This document shows positions 50,597-62,087 of a stretch of 64,000 bases of DNA, piece by piece (the stretch's first letter is position 1; every line of letters begins with the position of its first letter). Source of the DNA: Callorhinchus milii (lineage: Eukaryota); NCBI RefSeq assembly GCF_018977255.1, contig NW_024704742.1, positions 13,704,001 through 13,768,000 of the forward strand. Reading direction: 5' to 3'. The translations under genes and the position numbers were made by a program. The notes under the pieces are model-generated. The model had not been told where the DNA came from, ran no database searches, and worked only from the letters and a program-made list of their open reading frames with translations.

Positions 50597-50797
50597 AGGA
50601 GTATTGTAGCTCAGTTGCTATGGCACTCGCCTTGCAAGCAAGACACCTGGGTTCGATTCCAGGAAGGGCAAAACCTTGGGCAAGTTTCCTTGCTCCACTT
50701 TCCTAATAATAATCCCTCCAAAAACAAAAAACAATAATAAATTGATCATTTTCAATCCACGATTGTTTGTGGGACACTGCTGTGCGCAATTGGCTGG
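50597..50797 (+). mobile_element. tRNA-derived SINE, short subfamily, 3' end lost, abutting an antisense L2 fragment (50798-50910)
   Basis: Head and body end at AATTGGCTG, then GGGGCATCCGAGCTGGGG (L2 3' UTR, minus strand). Confidence 0.85.
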
Positions 50798-51836
50798 GGG
50801 CATCCGAGCTGGGGGTGGGAGCTGAAGGGAGGGGGAAGTGGATCAATAGTGCAGTCAGAGAGGTATGTTTTCAGATGTGCCTTGAAAGATAAAGCATCAT
50901 GAGTGAGTGGTCTCAGTAGAAACTGGTGCTTGACATAAGTTGCTCATGTTGCTCATGGAGCAGTCACAGTAAATTTAGTGAATGTCACAGGGTTCACAAG
51001 GAAATGTTGGGAGACGTCACAGGCCTAGAAATTCAACTATACCTCTTCATACCAATGTCTGAATGGAGACCTGAAGAACCCTTACCTGTGAGATTGGGAA
51101 GCAGCTGGGCTGCGTGTACACATTTGCCAACCTCATGAGAACAGTTTGAATTTCCACATTAACCTTGAGAGAGGCCGGCGTATGTGGGCCAGCGGGTTTT
51201 GTCACAGACAAACGGAAAAAAAATCACGCTATCTGTTACATTTTTTTTCGATGTGACAAATTTGCAGCCCTAATTATGGGTTGTTGCACTGCAATGAATT
51301 CTGCTCACAATGCTTTTGTGAAATGAGAATGTCAGCTTGTCTTTATCTAATATCCTTGCTTGGGTAGGTACGGTAATAAGGAAAAAAGGATGTGTAAATA
51401 GATGGTCTGCATTATATGACAAGTAAGGTAAAGAAATGGTGTGTATTAATTAGTTGGCCTTGCAGTCCTTATCTAATATCAGTCAAGTAGAGAAGGATTG
51501 TTCAAATTAGATGGTCTTTTGTTAGGTGAGGAGTAAAATCAAGAAAAGGGTATCTGTGAAATAAGCCAGATGGCCTTGAGGGTTGCAAAAAACATGTTTG
51601 TTCTGGTGTCTAAGTATTGGGCACTAACTAGATTGAAGTTGGAATAGCCTCCGTGGAAAGATAAAAGATACAGAAACAAGAAGAAGAAATAAATACAAGT
51701 TGTGTTGTTCCCTGGATTAGTAAAATACTTTTCTGTATCATGCACATCGTTATATAAAGGTTTCTTAAACAAAACATCCTGGCTCTGCGGACTTGATTAT
51801 CTCGGTCTCCAAAAAAACACAAAAAGACTTACAAGT

Positions 51837-52130
51837 CAACAATGAGGGCAGGGTAGAAGGGAGTCAATGGGACTCCAGGATAGGGATCTAGACAGCGGCA
51901 GCAGAACAGCTGAAAGCCAACTTACGATAGTGAGGCAGTTAGGGCGGGGGACATGAAACAGACCAGTGATCTGAGCAAAGAAAGCGACCAGGTCGGTGTG
52001 GTTAAAGCAGGTCACAGAAGTAGGGACGGTGATGGACAGGGAGAGGGACGGAGGGATTTGAAAGTGAGAACGAGGATCTGTTGGGGAATGGGGAGCCGGT
52101 GGGAACAGTATAGCCTTGGCTGTCGTCCAC
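51837..52130 (-). mobile_element. old L2 3' fragment
   Basis: HRLPIPQQILVLTFKSL. Confidence 0.75.
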
Positions 52131-52659
52131 ATCTGATTGTGCACTGGTTAGTATAACAGACCCCCTCAGTGGTCAATGCTGGTAAATTTATCATTGTTCA
52201 AAGCATCACTCAGTGTTTCTGGCAAACACAAGCCAGGCTCATTCTCTCCTGAGTGTAATCACACCAAAACTATTTTGAAAATAATTAAAAATGACACTAC
52301 TGTGGGTTGGTAAGATTTCTTCAAATTAAAGCTAGCAAATCGTTGTAATGATCCAGAGCGTGACTGTAGTTATTGCTGGTTGATATAAGTCTGGTGATAT
52401 CCAGCTGTTTCTGTTTATCATGTGCTCATGTACTGCTGCCCACACAGTGCACATCTGATGGATTTGCTCAGAAACAGCAAATGAGTAGATTCTCTTAATA
52501 AGTGGGTAGTTAAAAGTTGAGAAGACAATGAGTGAAAGGGTGAGAGACTGGGACAAAAACCTTTAACACCTAGATTTCAATCACATTCACAGGTTGTGGG
52601 TAGGGTTTGCAATCCCGGGATTTCAAGTTTCCTGGGATCCCAAATAGTAATGCTACTGA

Positions 52660-53328
52660 ATGTCTTCTCTCCTGCAGATCTGACATCCTCAACCTCACCA
52701 TCCTATCCCTAAGACTTACAAAACCTGTACGTAACTTGGGCATCAGGTTTGATTCCCGTAGTCCTTGCTACCCCACATCCGGTCACTGACCAGGACTGCT
52801 TTCCCTCACCTCCAACACATTGTCTGCCTCTGACTGTACCTCAAACCCAACAAATGCAATTAATTCAAAACTCTGCCATCCATATACTCACCCACAATAA
52901 ACTCCAGGTCACCATCACACCGATCCTAGCCAGACTGCTCTGGCTCCCTATCACAGAACAGATCGACTTCAAGATCCTCACACTTGTCAAAAAATCCCTT
53001 CCCTGACATCTCACTACCTCTTCGACCTGCTTACTTCCCCATTCCACTTCCTGTCACCTCTGCTTGGTTGGCTCTGACCTCCTGCTCATCCTCACGCCTT
53101 CTGGTCCAAAATCAGCGCCCATGCTTTCAGTTAATATGCCCCAAACTTTTGGAAATCTCTCCCTCAGTCCCTCTGCCTTGCCTCCTCCTTCCCCATTTTC
53201 AGATCATGCCTGAAGACCTTCCTCTTTGACTGTGCTTATGGTCACCTCCCCCCATCATCACCACTGTTATGCTCTCCGAGATGCTACCCTGCTTGAAGAC
53301 TGCTATATAAATGCAAGTTGTTGGTGTT
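52660..53328 (+). mobile_element. old L2 3' fragment
   Basis: KPVRNLGIRFD, QLIQNSA, WLPITEQIDFKIL; (TTG)-type tail. Confidence 0.88.
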
Positions 53329-54409
53329 AGGCAGTCCAGTCACGTTCTGAAATGCACATTTTAAGCAGGGGCTGCAGTGCCTGGTGCCAAGCTGAGATGT
53401 TGGATGCTGCAGGAAATGGGACAGGGGCATTGGCTGCAGTGTGCCACTCACTTTGGCAGGGTTTTGTGGCTCCAAGCTGCTTGGCTCTGCTCTCAGTCAA
53501 AGGCTCTTTGATCAGCTCTGCGGGTTACTCATTGGTAGAATCTAGCATAACGGGAAACAGAAATATGAAAATGGTATTCAAAATTACATTAGCCATAGAG
53601 CGTGGTCATCCAAACCCCTTTGTTGTGTCCATGCATTGAATGGTCTTCATCTGGTTTCATTTATTTAAAATATTCATTTTAATTCATTGCTTTGCCCTGG
53701 AACAAAAGTTCTTTGTATATCAAGTTTTCTGCTTTGAAAGTCCCCTTTAGTTTGCAATCAGATGTAGTCTTTGTCACTGTGAAGTACAAACAGTTGTCAT
53801 ATGGCTGAACCTTTATGATGAATGATTACCAGCTGTAGTTTTATTTTTGAAAAAAAATTGTGGGGCAAGAGAGGGAAATTGAGCACAAACATTTATGCTC
53901 ACATAAAGGGAGAAATATTCAGTTGTGCACCAAACAAAAGATGCTTTTCTTTTACATTATACTTGCACATAAAGAGAGTGAGAGACAGAGTGGGAGAGTG
54001 ATGGCAATGCTATCTTATTGCAAATGAGTATTATATGAGAATAACATTGTTTTAATTAAAACAAGGAAACACTATGAAATGCTGTAAACTTTAGCCCAAT
54101 GTTTCTATTTGTTATAAACAGTTTTGTTTTAAAAGATAAATTGATTGCTTCATTTCAACCAGTACATTGGGTTGACATGTCTTTGTTAAATCATTGCAGA
54201 AACATATACAGGCATGCTTTAGGAATAAGAATCCTGGGGAAAAATGTGCTGAGCAATTGTGAAGCACAACTCACTACATTTCTCGTCTTCGAAACCAGGA
54301 ACAAAAATCATTAGCACAGATTTTCCAAACAATTTATCTTAAAACATTATTAAAAGGCAGTGAATAGCTCTAATTTTTGAGTCAGGAAAGTAAATAAATT
54401 ATGTCAGTT

Positions 54410-54740
54410 TCTCTCAGTTGGTAGCGTTATCATGCCTGAGTCACAAGGTTGTGGGTTCAAACCCCACGTTGGGATTTTAAGTTCACGGTCCACTTCAGTG
54501 CAGTACTGGGGGAATGCTGTGTTCATAGGTGCCGTACTTTGGATAACATGTTAAACCAAAGTCCTGCCTACTTGTTCAGATGGATGCTAAAGAAAATAGA
54601 AGAGTTTCTCCTGATGTCTTAAGCAAAAATCTGGCTGACAAAATTGATAATTCACTTCACATCTTTTTATGGGACATTGTGCTATGCACAAATTAGCTGC
54701 AATGTTAGCCTACATAATTCAGCCACTACATTTTACAGTA
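54410..54740 (+). mobile_element. older Deu-domain-type SINE
   Basis: CTCAGTTGGTAGC..GAGTCACAAGGTTGTGGGTTCAAACCCC head; CAGTGCAGTACTGGGGGAATGCTG core. Confidence 0.8.
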
Positions 54741-54824
54741 AATCCTACAGACACCAATTTATACATAACAGAGTCAATTTAAGAGTGAGGTGGATGAATA
54801 TTTGGTTGGCTTTGGTTGGGGTCT

Positions 54825-55295
54825 CAACAACAACAACTTGCACTTATATAGCGCTGCCATGCGGAGGAGCTAGTCCCCAATCCAGAGAGAGAGAGAAGGT
54901 GACTGTAGACACAGACAAAATAGAAGATTTTCAGACATGAGGGGACAAGACAGAAGGATTGAGGCAGAGAATTCCAAAGTTTCATGATGTAGTGACTGAA
55001 AGCATGTGCATCAACGGTGGAGTGGGGGGGGGGGGGGGGGGGGGGGGGTACAAAGGATGTGGAGGAGGCAGGAGCCAGATGAGTGAAGGGAGCAAATGAA
55101 CGAGTGGGGTGTAAGCAGGTTGGAGACATAAGGAGGTGTCAGGGCATGAAAGGATTTCCAAGTGAGTTTGAGGATTTTGAAATTGACCTGTTCTGAAACA
55201 GGGAGCCCGTGGGGTCTGGCAAGGATTGGGATGATGGGGGTACAGAGTTTAGTACAGGTGAGTATATGGGCAGTGGAGTTTTGAATTAATTGGGT
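54825..55295 (-). mobile_element. old L2 3' fragment containing a G25 run
   Basis: QLIQNSTAHIL, PIIPILARPHGLP; tail CAACAACAACTTGCAC. Confidence 0.88.
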
Positions 55296-55914
55296 GTTAT
55301 GAATGGTATTGCTGAGGAACTTATTCCACAAGCATGGGAAATCTTGTACCAGAGTTATCAAAATGAGTTAGGAAGGTCTAATTCACATGCAGAATAAATT
55401 GTGTATTTCACTGTTCGTAGTAACTGCTGTTTATTCAACACAGAAAATGATTAGATTTTTAAAATAATGGATGAATTAATCTGGTCCAAATTATTCTGTT
55501 TTAATTGGGGCTGCAAGAATGGTGGACTCTTTAATCAGATCCTTTCTATTATGTTAACTACATATTGCCTTTTACTGCAGACATCTGACAGATCAGTTTA
55601 AAACTTCCTAAGCAAATTTGAAACTCTTTTGAAATTTTGAAATTTGAAATTTGAAAGAGTAAGTAAGATAATTTGGAGATAAAATGAAGGTGGAATTTCT
55701 CTTTGTGAATAAAACCCTCAGCTGAATGTAGTATTTCTATCCTGTAATACATGACTGTCATCTGGAGAACATCTGTGTCACAGCTATTTTGAATGTAATA
55801 AGGATGAACTAGCTATTATGGGATACAGGCTTTGTAAAACGTCATACAATATTTCAAATGTAGCCTCACCAATGATCTATAAAAAATTCTGAATAATTTC
55901 TCTCAATTTAAAGT

Positions 55915-56315
55915 CAACAACAGCAATAATTTGCATTGATATAAATCTCTTCATGCAGTATAGCGTCTCGGAGCATTGCATAGTGGGGAGAATGGGACAG
56001 GGAGGTGACTATTTTGGCATGGTCGAAGAAGTTAAGTCTAGATAAAGAGCTGTTAAGGTGGAGGAATTGAGAAAGGGAGATCCAGAGGTTAGGGGCGTAT
56101 TGGCTAAAACATAGCACTGATGGTGATGTGGAGGGGTTAGCGGATGCGCAGCAGGCCTGTACCAGCTAAGCAAGCAGGGCGGGCAGAACAGTGGGGTAGA
56201 AGCAACAACAACAAAACAACAACAAAATTACATTTATAGAGCGCCTTTCACATCGGGAGGACATCCCTAAACTGAGCAAGTCAGAGAGCTAGGGGTAGTC
56301 TATGACTAGGAAGGG
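55915..56315 (-). mobile_element. old L2 3' fragment with a younger L2 tail inserted at about 56204-56270
   Basis: Two (CAA)n tails; the inner one has the young stem-loop GCGCCTTTCACATCGGGAGGACATCCC. Confidence 0.75.
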
Positions 56316-56559
56316 GTATTCATATAATAATAAAAAGGTTATGTTTGATACAGCAAGTTATCAAAATGTCTCAAAGCACTTCACAGGATTTGCAAAGTGA
56401 TGTGACTATGTATATTTTAGTACGAAACAATGACAGCCAATTTGCACTCAGTAATGTCCCACAAGCAATCACAAAGTGAATGTCCAATTTTATTGGTCAG
56501 GACACTGGGAGAAAGTCTCTTATTACAAAATTAATAAAGTGTCAATATGGGCTTCACGT

Positions 56560-57200
56560 TGACCAGAAATTTCCAGTGAATGCCCAATAATCAAAGCCAA
56601 ATTATTTTCCTCCTTTACCATTTCAAATGGAAATCCTTTCATTTTGTGCACACCTGTTATGTGCATTACTTTGTATATATCTGCAATAAATTCACCTGCT
56701 ACTGCTTCATCCTCCTTCATTCATTTAAATCTTATTGAATATAATTTATCCTCATAATTAATCTGGCCCAAAAGCATCACATCATCAACCTCCCCAAAGT
56801 TTTACGCGAAGGGTGTGAGTATGGAACTAAGACAAACTCTTGCAAAATTGTGTAACTCACCCATCCCCCACTCCACCCTACACACACACATACACACAAA
56901 ACTATTTTGCTTATCATCAACTATTCCTTTTCTTTTCCTTTCCATTGTTGATCCAGTTTGCAATCATAAAGCTAATTTGCCATTAATGGTATGATCCTTA
57001 ATCCTCTTTAAAAATCTAACACATGAAGTTTTGTGAAGAAAATTTTAGAAAATTTGGGTAAATTATATCCACCACTTATTTCCTTAAAGATTTCAGTAGA
57101 TTTCTGAAGCATGATTTAGAAGCTATTGCCTCTAAATCCCTGTTGATTATTTCTAACACTGTCTGAATTTTTTAGAAAAGCATTAATAACAGTGCTCTCA
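56560..57200 (-). mobile_element. very old CR1-like RT relic
   Basis: Weak similarity to the CR1 at 10550-11150 (e.g. AAATCCCTGTTGATTATTTCTAA vs AAATCCATGTTGGCTGTCTCTAA). Confidence 0.4.
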
Positions 57201-57604
57201 TTTAGACATTTTTGCCTAATGTCTCACTCCTCTTTAACAAGAGGATATTGGCTGTTCTTTAATTATATGAGTTACAATTTCAGTGTTGATGGGGCTGCTA
57301 CAAATATCTCACCTACTTTTTGTTCATTTGTTTTTGTTCATTCATTTTTGCATTTGTTCACCCAATCAAGTTACCTTGCCTCATTTAGTTATTTGATTTT
57401 CATTGTAACATGCTTTTAGCTGATATCTACTTTTTAAAAGATTCCTGAGCCAAAATAATTTCATCTGAAATCTGAAATTGTTTGTGAAAATCTGTGGGAC
57501 AAATCTATCTAACTAATCTGCCTTATCTTGATCTTCTATAACATGTTTTTTTGTTTTACCCTTGAAGGACCTGTGTAGTCTTTAATACAGCCTACAACTA
57601 TCAA

Positions 57605-58560
57605 AGCTCATAGCTTAGGCTGACATTCCAGGTTAATGTGGGGTGCGCTGCATTATTGGAAAGTGCTGTCCTTCCACTGTGATGTTAAGCTGAGGTTCCC
57701 TCAGTTCAGATCCCACGGCATTACTTGAAAAGAACAACAACAACAAAATTACATTTGTAAAGCGCCTTTCATGTCTCATCCAGGACTTGATGTCTGACCT
57801 ACATTTTGTCAGCGCAGCAGTGGTCTTGGAGTCAAGGGTGGAGGTAGAGTTGGGTGTCATCCACACACATGTGGAAGTTGAACCCATGTCTGCGGATGAT
57901 GTCACCAAGAGGGAGCATAAAGAAGAGGGGACCAAGGACAGAGCCCTGAGGAACACCGCACGAGATGGCCTGGGGGCTACAGGAAAAGCCATTTGTGGAG
58001 ATGAAGTGGAGGTGGTGTGAGAGGTACGATCTGAACCAGTCAAGGACAGAGCCATGGAGGTTGAGGTGAGAGGAGAGGAGGTGGATGAGGATGGAGTGGT
58101 CGACGGTGTCGAAAACAGCAGAGAGGTCAAGGAGAATGAGGAGGTAGAGGGAGCCCTGGTCACAGATGGACAGAATGTCATTTGTCACTTTGACCAGGCC
58201 ATTTCTGTGCTGTGGACGCCACGGAAGCCTGATTGGAAGGGTTCAAGAAGGGAGTGGCGGGGGAGGAAGGAGCGAAGCTGAGAAGCAACAACTCATTTCA
58301 GGACCTTGGAGAGGAAAGGGAGGTTGGGACCTTGGAGAGGAAAAGAAAGGGGAGTTTCTCTCAATGTCCTGGCCAAAAATCCCCCAAATAAAATTAATTG
58401 TTTGGAATTGATTAAAATTGATTGTCCATGGTTGTTGGATATTGCTGTGCATACATTTTTTACATATTTGCCTACACTGATAGTAAATTTCTGTGAAATG
58501 CTTTGAGTGAAAAGGCATTTTATCGAATCAAATGGAAGAATTATTATCATAATTATCATA
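57605..58560 (+). mobile_element. older Deu-domain-type SINE split by an L2 derivative
   Basis: GATCCCACGGCATTACTTGAAAAGAA (57734) resumes GAAAAGAAAGGGGAGTTTCTCTCAATGTCCTGGCC (58340). Confidence 0.85.
57735..58339 (-). mobile_element. internally deleted L2 (RT core fused to 3' tail) with 8-bp TSD
   Basis: LDLSAVFDTVDH, GVPQGSVLGP, VDD, then DIKSWMR joined to the tail; GAAAAGAA at 57727-57734 and 58340-58347. Confidence 0.9.
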
Positions 58561-59378
58561 TCAACTGCTGATTGCAAATTAAATACACCTTTAGTTAACT
58601 TCAAAGGTTGTGAATACTGGAAATCTTAACTAAAACAGAAACTGCACGAAATCCACAGCAAGGCAATTAATTCAATCTAAAAGACAAAGACATGTTTCTC
58701 TTTTGACTATTACACTTTAATTATTTTTTAGTCTTTCACTGTTGCTCGAATCTAATTTTTTTTATACAAATATATTTTGTTGCCTCCCTCCCTGCCTCCA
58801 AGATTTCCAAATGTCCTTTCTTTTTAGTTACTCCTCTTTGTTTTTTTTCATGCAGATCTAATATGATATATAGTTTAGGAAATCCTCTCATATCTTCAAA
58901 TCAATTTTTGTTCAGCCATTATATTGCACAAAGCAATCTAGCTTTTAAGAAGACGAGATAAACTAGTACATTTGAAATATCGGGATTACAAATACTAAAC
59001 CTTACACATTCCTCAGGTGAAGCAAGCGAACCAATATTCCATTTTGTACCTTGGGGTTTATCAGATTATTACTGATTATGGTTATAAATCTCTTGGGGAT
59101 TACAATTTCTTTCATTCATTTTTTCATCTGTAGACGACAACATCCCTGCTCTTTGAATTAAATGTAAGTCGTTTCAACCCAACCTAAACCACATATTAAA
59201 ATACCACAATTTCAATGATTGAAGAGCTGCAGAAAACACAAGCCACAGTCCTATTCTTCATTAAATTTAGAGACTAGAGCAAAACAATTTACAACACATC
59301 AAAGAGAAAGCACATTAAATTTTAACAAAATACTGTATAAGCATTAAAATTAAAAGGTATATTATGAAGGACTGTGCA

Positions 59379-60170
59379 ACAACAGCAATTTGCATTTACA
59401 TAGCACCTTTCACATAGAAACAATATCCCAAATCACTTAGTGGGAGTGGGAGCCTGAGCTGGGAGAGCGACCGGGGGATGGGGAGGAGATGGCCAAAAGC
59501 GCAGTAAAGAAATAGGTTTATGGGTGGATTTTGAAAGCCGAGAGGGAAGGGCCGAGGTGGAGGGATTTAGGAAACAAAAACTATAGGGCGGGGGTAAAGT
59601 AGCTGTAAACTCACATTATGGGATCGAATAATAATAATCCTTGCATTTGATATAGTACTTTTCGCGTCTTCTAGACGTCTCAAAGCGCTTCACAGAATAT
59701 ACTGTAAAGTGAAATGACTGTATATTTTGTGGGCGAAACGTGGCAGCCAATTGCGCACAACAATGTCCCACAAACAGTCATGGATTGAGTGACCAAATTA
59801 TTATTTTTTTTTTTCAGAGGTTATTATCCCCAGAAAAGCAATTTGCCAATCAACTAACAACCAGGTTCCTACTTACTGCTAGGTAAGCAGAGGTGCGTGG
59901 AGTAAAGAAACTTGCCCAACATTTCACCCTGCCAGGAATCGAATCCAGGTCTCTCACTTGTGAGGTGAGTGCTCTAACCACTGATCTACAGGATTCCTCA
60001 ATGGGTGGAGGGAAGGCATGGAGTTGCCAATGTTGGTGAAGCGGATGGAATGACGGAATGAGTAGTGGCATAGGAGATCAAGAGATAGGATGGGTCAAGG
60101 CCATGGAAGCATTTAAGGACAAGGATCTTAAAAGTTGACCTACTGGATGATAGTGAGTCAGTGGAGGATC
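59379..60170 (-). mobile_element. old L2 3' fragment interrupted by a SINE
   Basis: (CAA)n tail at 59379; L2 sequence resumes at about 59999. Confidence 0.8.
59628..59997 (-). mobile_element. tRNA-derived SINE, long subfamily
   Basis: Complete copy, tail loop TAGAA. Confidence 0.95.
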
Positions 60171-61654
60171 AGATTTAATTCTGATAATAGTTTGCTGTTG
60201 ATATTCTGCCAATTCCAATTTATGTCTTTGCACTTCGATAATAACAACAAAATCTTGAATTTTATATAGTACTCTTCATGTAGGATAACATCTCAGAGCA
60301 CTGTAAATAAACTTCCAATGGTTGTTAATCAAAGTCAAGAAACTGAGATACAACTGGAAGGTGGGATTAGAGGAGGTCAAGGTACATGTGTTATGGAATG
60401 GTTTGTAGAACAACGGGGGGTTTGATGAGCAAGATGGGCTTCTCCTGCTGATATTTTCTTTAACACAGAAATCACAGCTTACTGAACCAAATTTCCAAAT
60501 CTGGATCTTCATTCACAAAAACTGATAGGAAAGAATTATTTTGCTCACAAAATATACAGTCAATTGACTTTGCAGTATATTGTGTGAAGCACTTTGAGAT
60601 GTGTCCACAAAGACGTGATAAGATGCTGTATCAAATGTAAGGATTATCATTATATATTATTTTTTAGCACAGCTGCCATTCATAATTATCTGATCCTTCA
60701 TAATATCCAACTATCGTATTCTTTAAGGGACCTCGCTGGTCTTCAATACCAAGGCTATATTGTACATGAAAACAAAATATATTCAAATCCATCCTGCCTT
60801 CACAGCTAGTGTCCACATAATCATGTTAATGTTTATTTTAGTTATTTTAGAATAGCATCCATTAATTTCTACCACTTTAAGATAGTTTGGGGTTAATGGG
60901 AATTTAAATAAATGGTTTGCTGCAACAGGATTCACGAATAGTGACTCAGAGTTCTATCAGGGAATCCAACAATTACCCACCAGTTCGTCACGTCTGACTC
61001 ACAGGATTCCCTTTGGTGTTTTGGAGCGAAGTTGCATTGATCAACATTGACTGCTGGTTACTCTCCAGAATTTGTAACTCTGTCACTAACAGTGTATCCC
61101 ATTGTGAACCACCATATTCTCAACCCCGTTAATCACTAACTATCACCATCAATACAGTTTTAAATTATTTTCATACTTGTTTTTCAGTCTTTTTTTTGTT
61201 TAAGGAGTAAGTGCTGATTGTTTTGCTAATGAAATCCAATTCAATACTGAATGTTATTCAAACTTAAATACTGGAATTTCAAGTATGTATTTGAGGAGAA
61301 AAAAAGAGCAATGCAATCAGTTTGTTCTGTTTTAAGATGTGTAAAGGGTTAAAATAATTTGCAGTGATGGTTAGACACTTCATTCGTATGAATTACTGCC
61401 TAGCAGCAATGAAGATTGAAATGCATTATGACAGACTAAACCTAGTCTAGAGCAGACATAAGCCTATTTCACAAACTGCTCAAAGCACAATGCAAAAACA
61501 AAATTAAAAAGGTTTGACAAATATGTATTAATATCTTCTTTTTCAAAAAAATGCTATTTTCTTGGAGGCTGACTCAAAAATGTTGTATAGCCTATCATAT
61601 GCGTATAAAATGGAACAACGATCTGCAAACTGTTGATTGGTATTGTTTTATAAC

Positions 61655-62087
61655 AATATTAATCCTTGCAATTTGATATAGCGCCTTGTCACATCGTTGA
61701 GACATCTCAAAGTGCTTTCCAGGATATACTGTAAAGTGTATTGACTGTGTATTTTTGTGGGCAAAGCGCAGCAGCCAGTTGCGCACAGCAATATCCCACA
61801 CACAGGCATGGAGTGAATAACCACTTTTATTTGGGGGGGATGTTGCCCAGGACATCAGGAGAAACTCCTCTTTTTGAATGGAGTGTAGGATCTCCAGCAT
61901 CCATCTGAACAGGCAAACGCGACACCCGTTCAACGTCTCATCCAAAGGACAACACCTCCAACAATCCAACATCCCCCAGCATTGCATTGGAGTGTCATCT
62001 TAGACTATTTGATTCCAAGTCCCGATGTGGGGCTTGAACCCACAACACTCTGACTCAGAGGCGAGTGATACCACTGCAGCAGGCTGA
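61655..62087 (-). mobile_element. older Deu-domain-type SINE, near full length
   Basis: Head GGGCTTGAACCCACAAC..CTGACTCAGAGGCGAG, core AACGTCTCATCCAAAGGAC, and shared tail. Confidence 0.88.
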
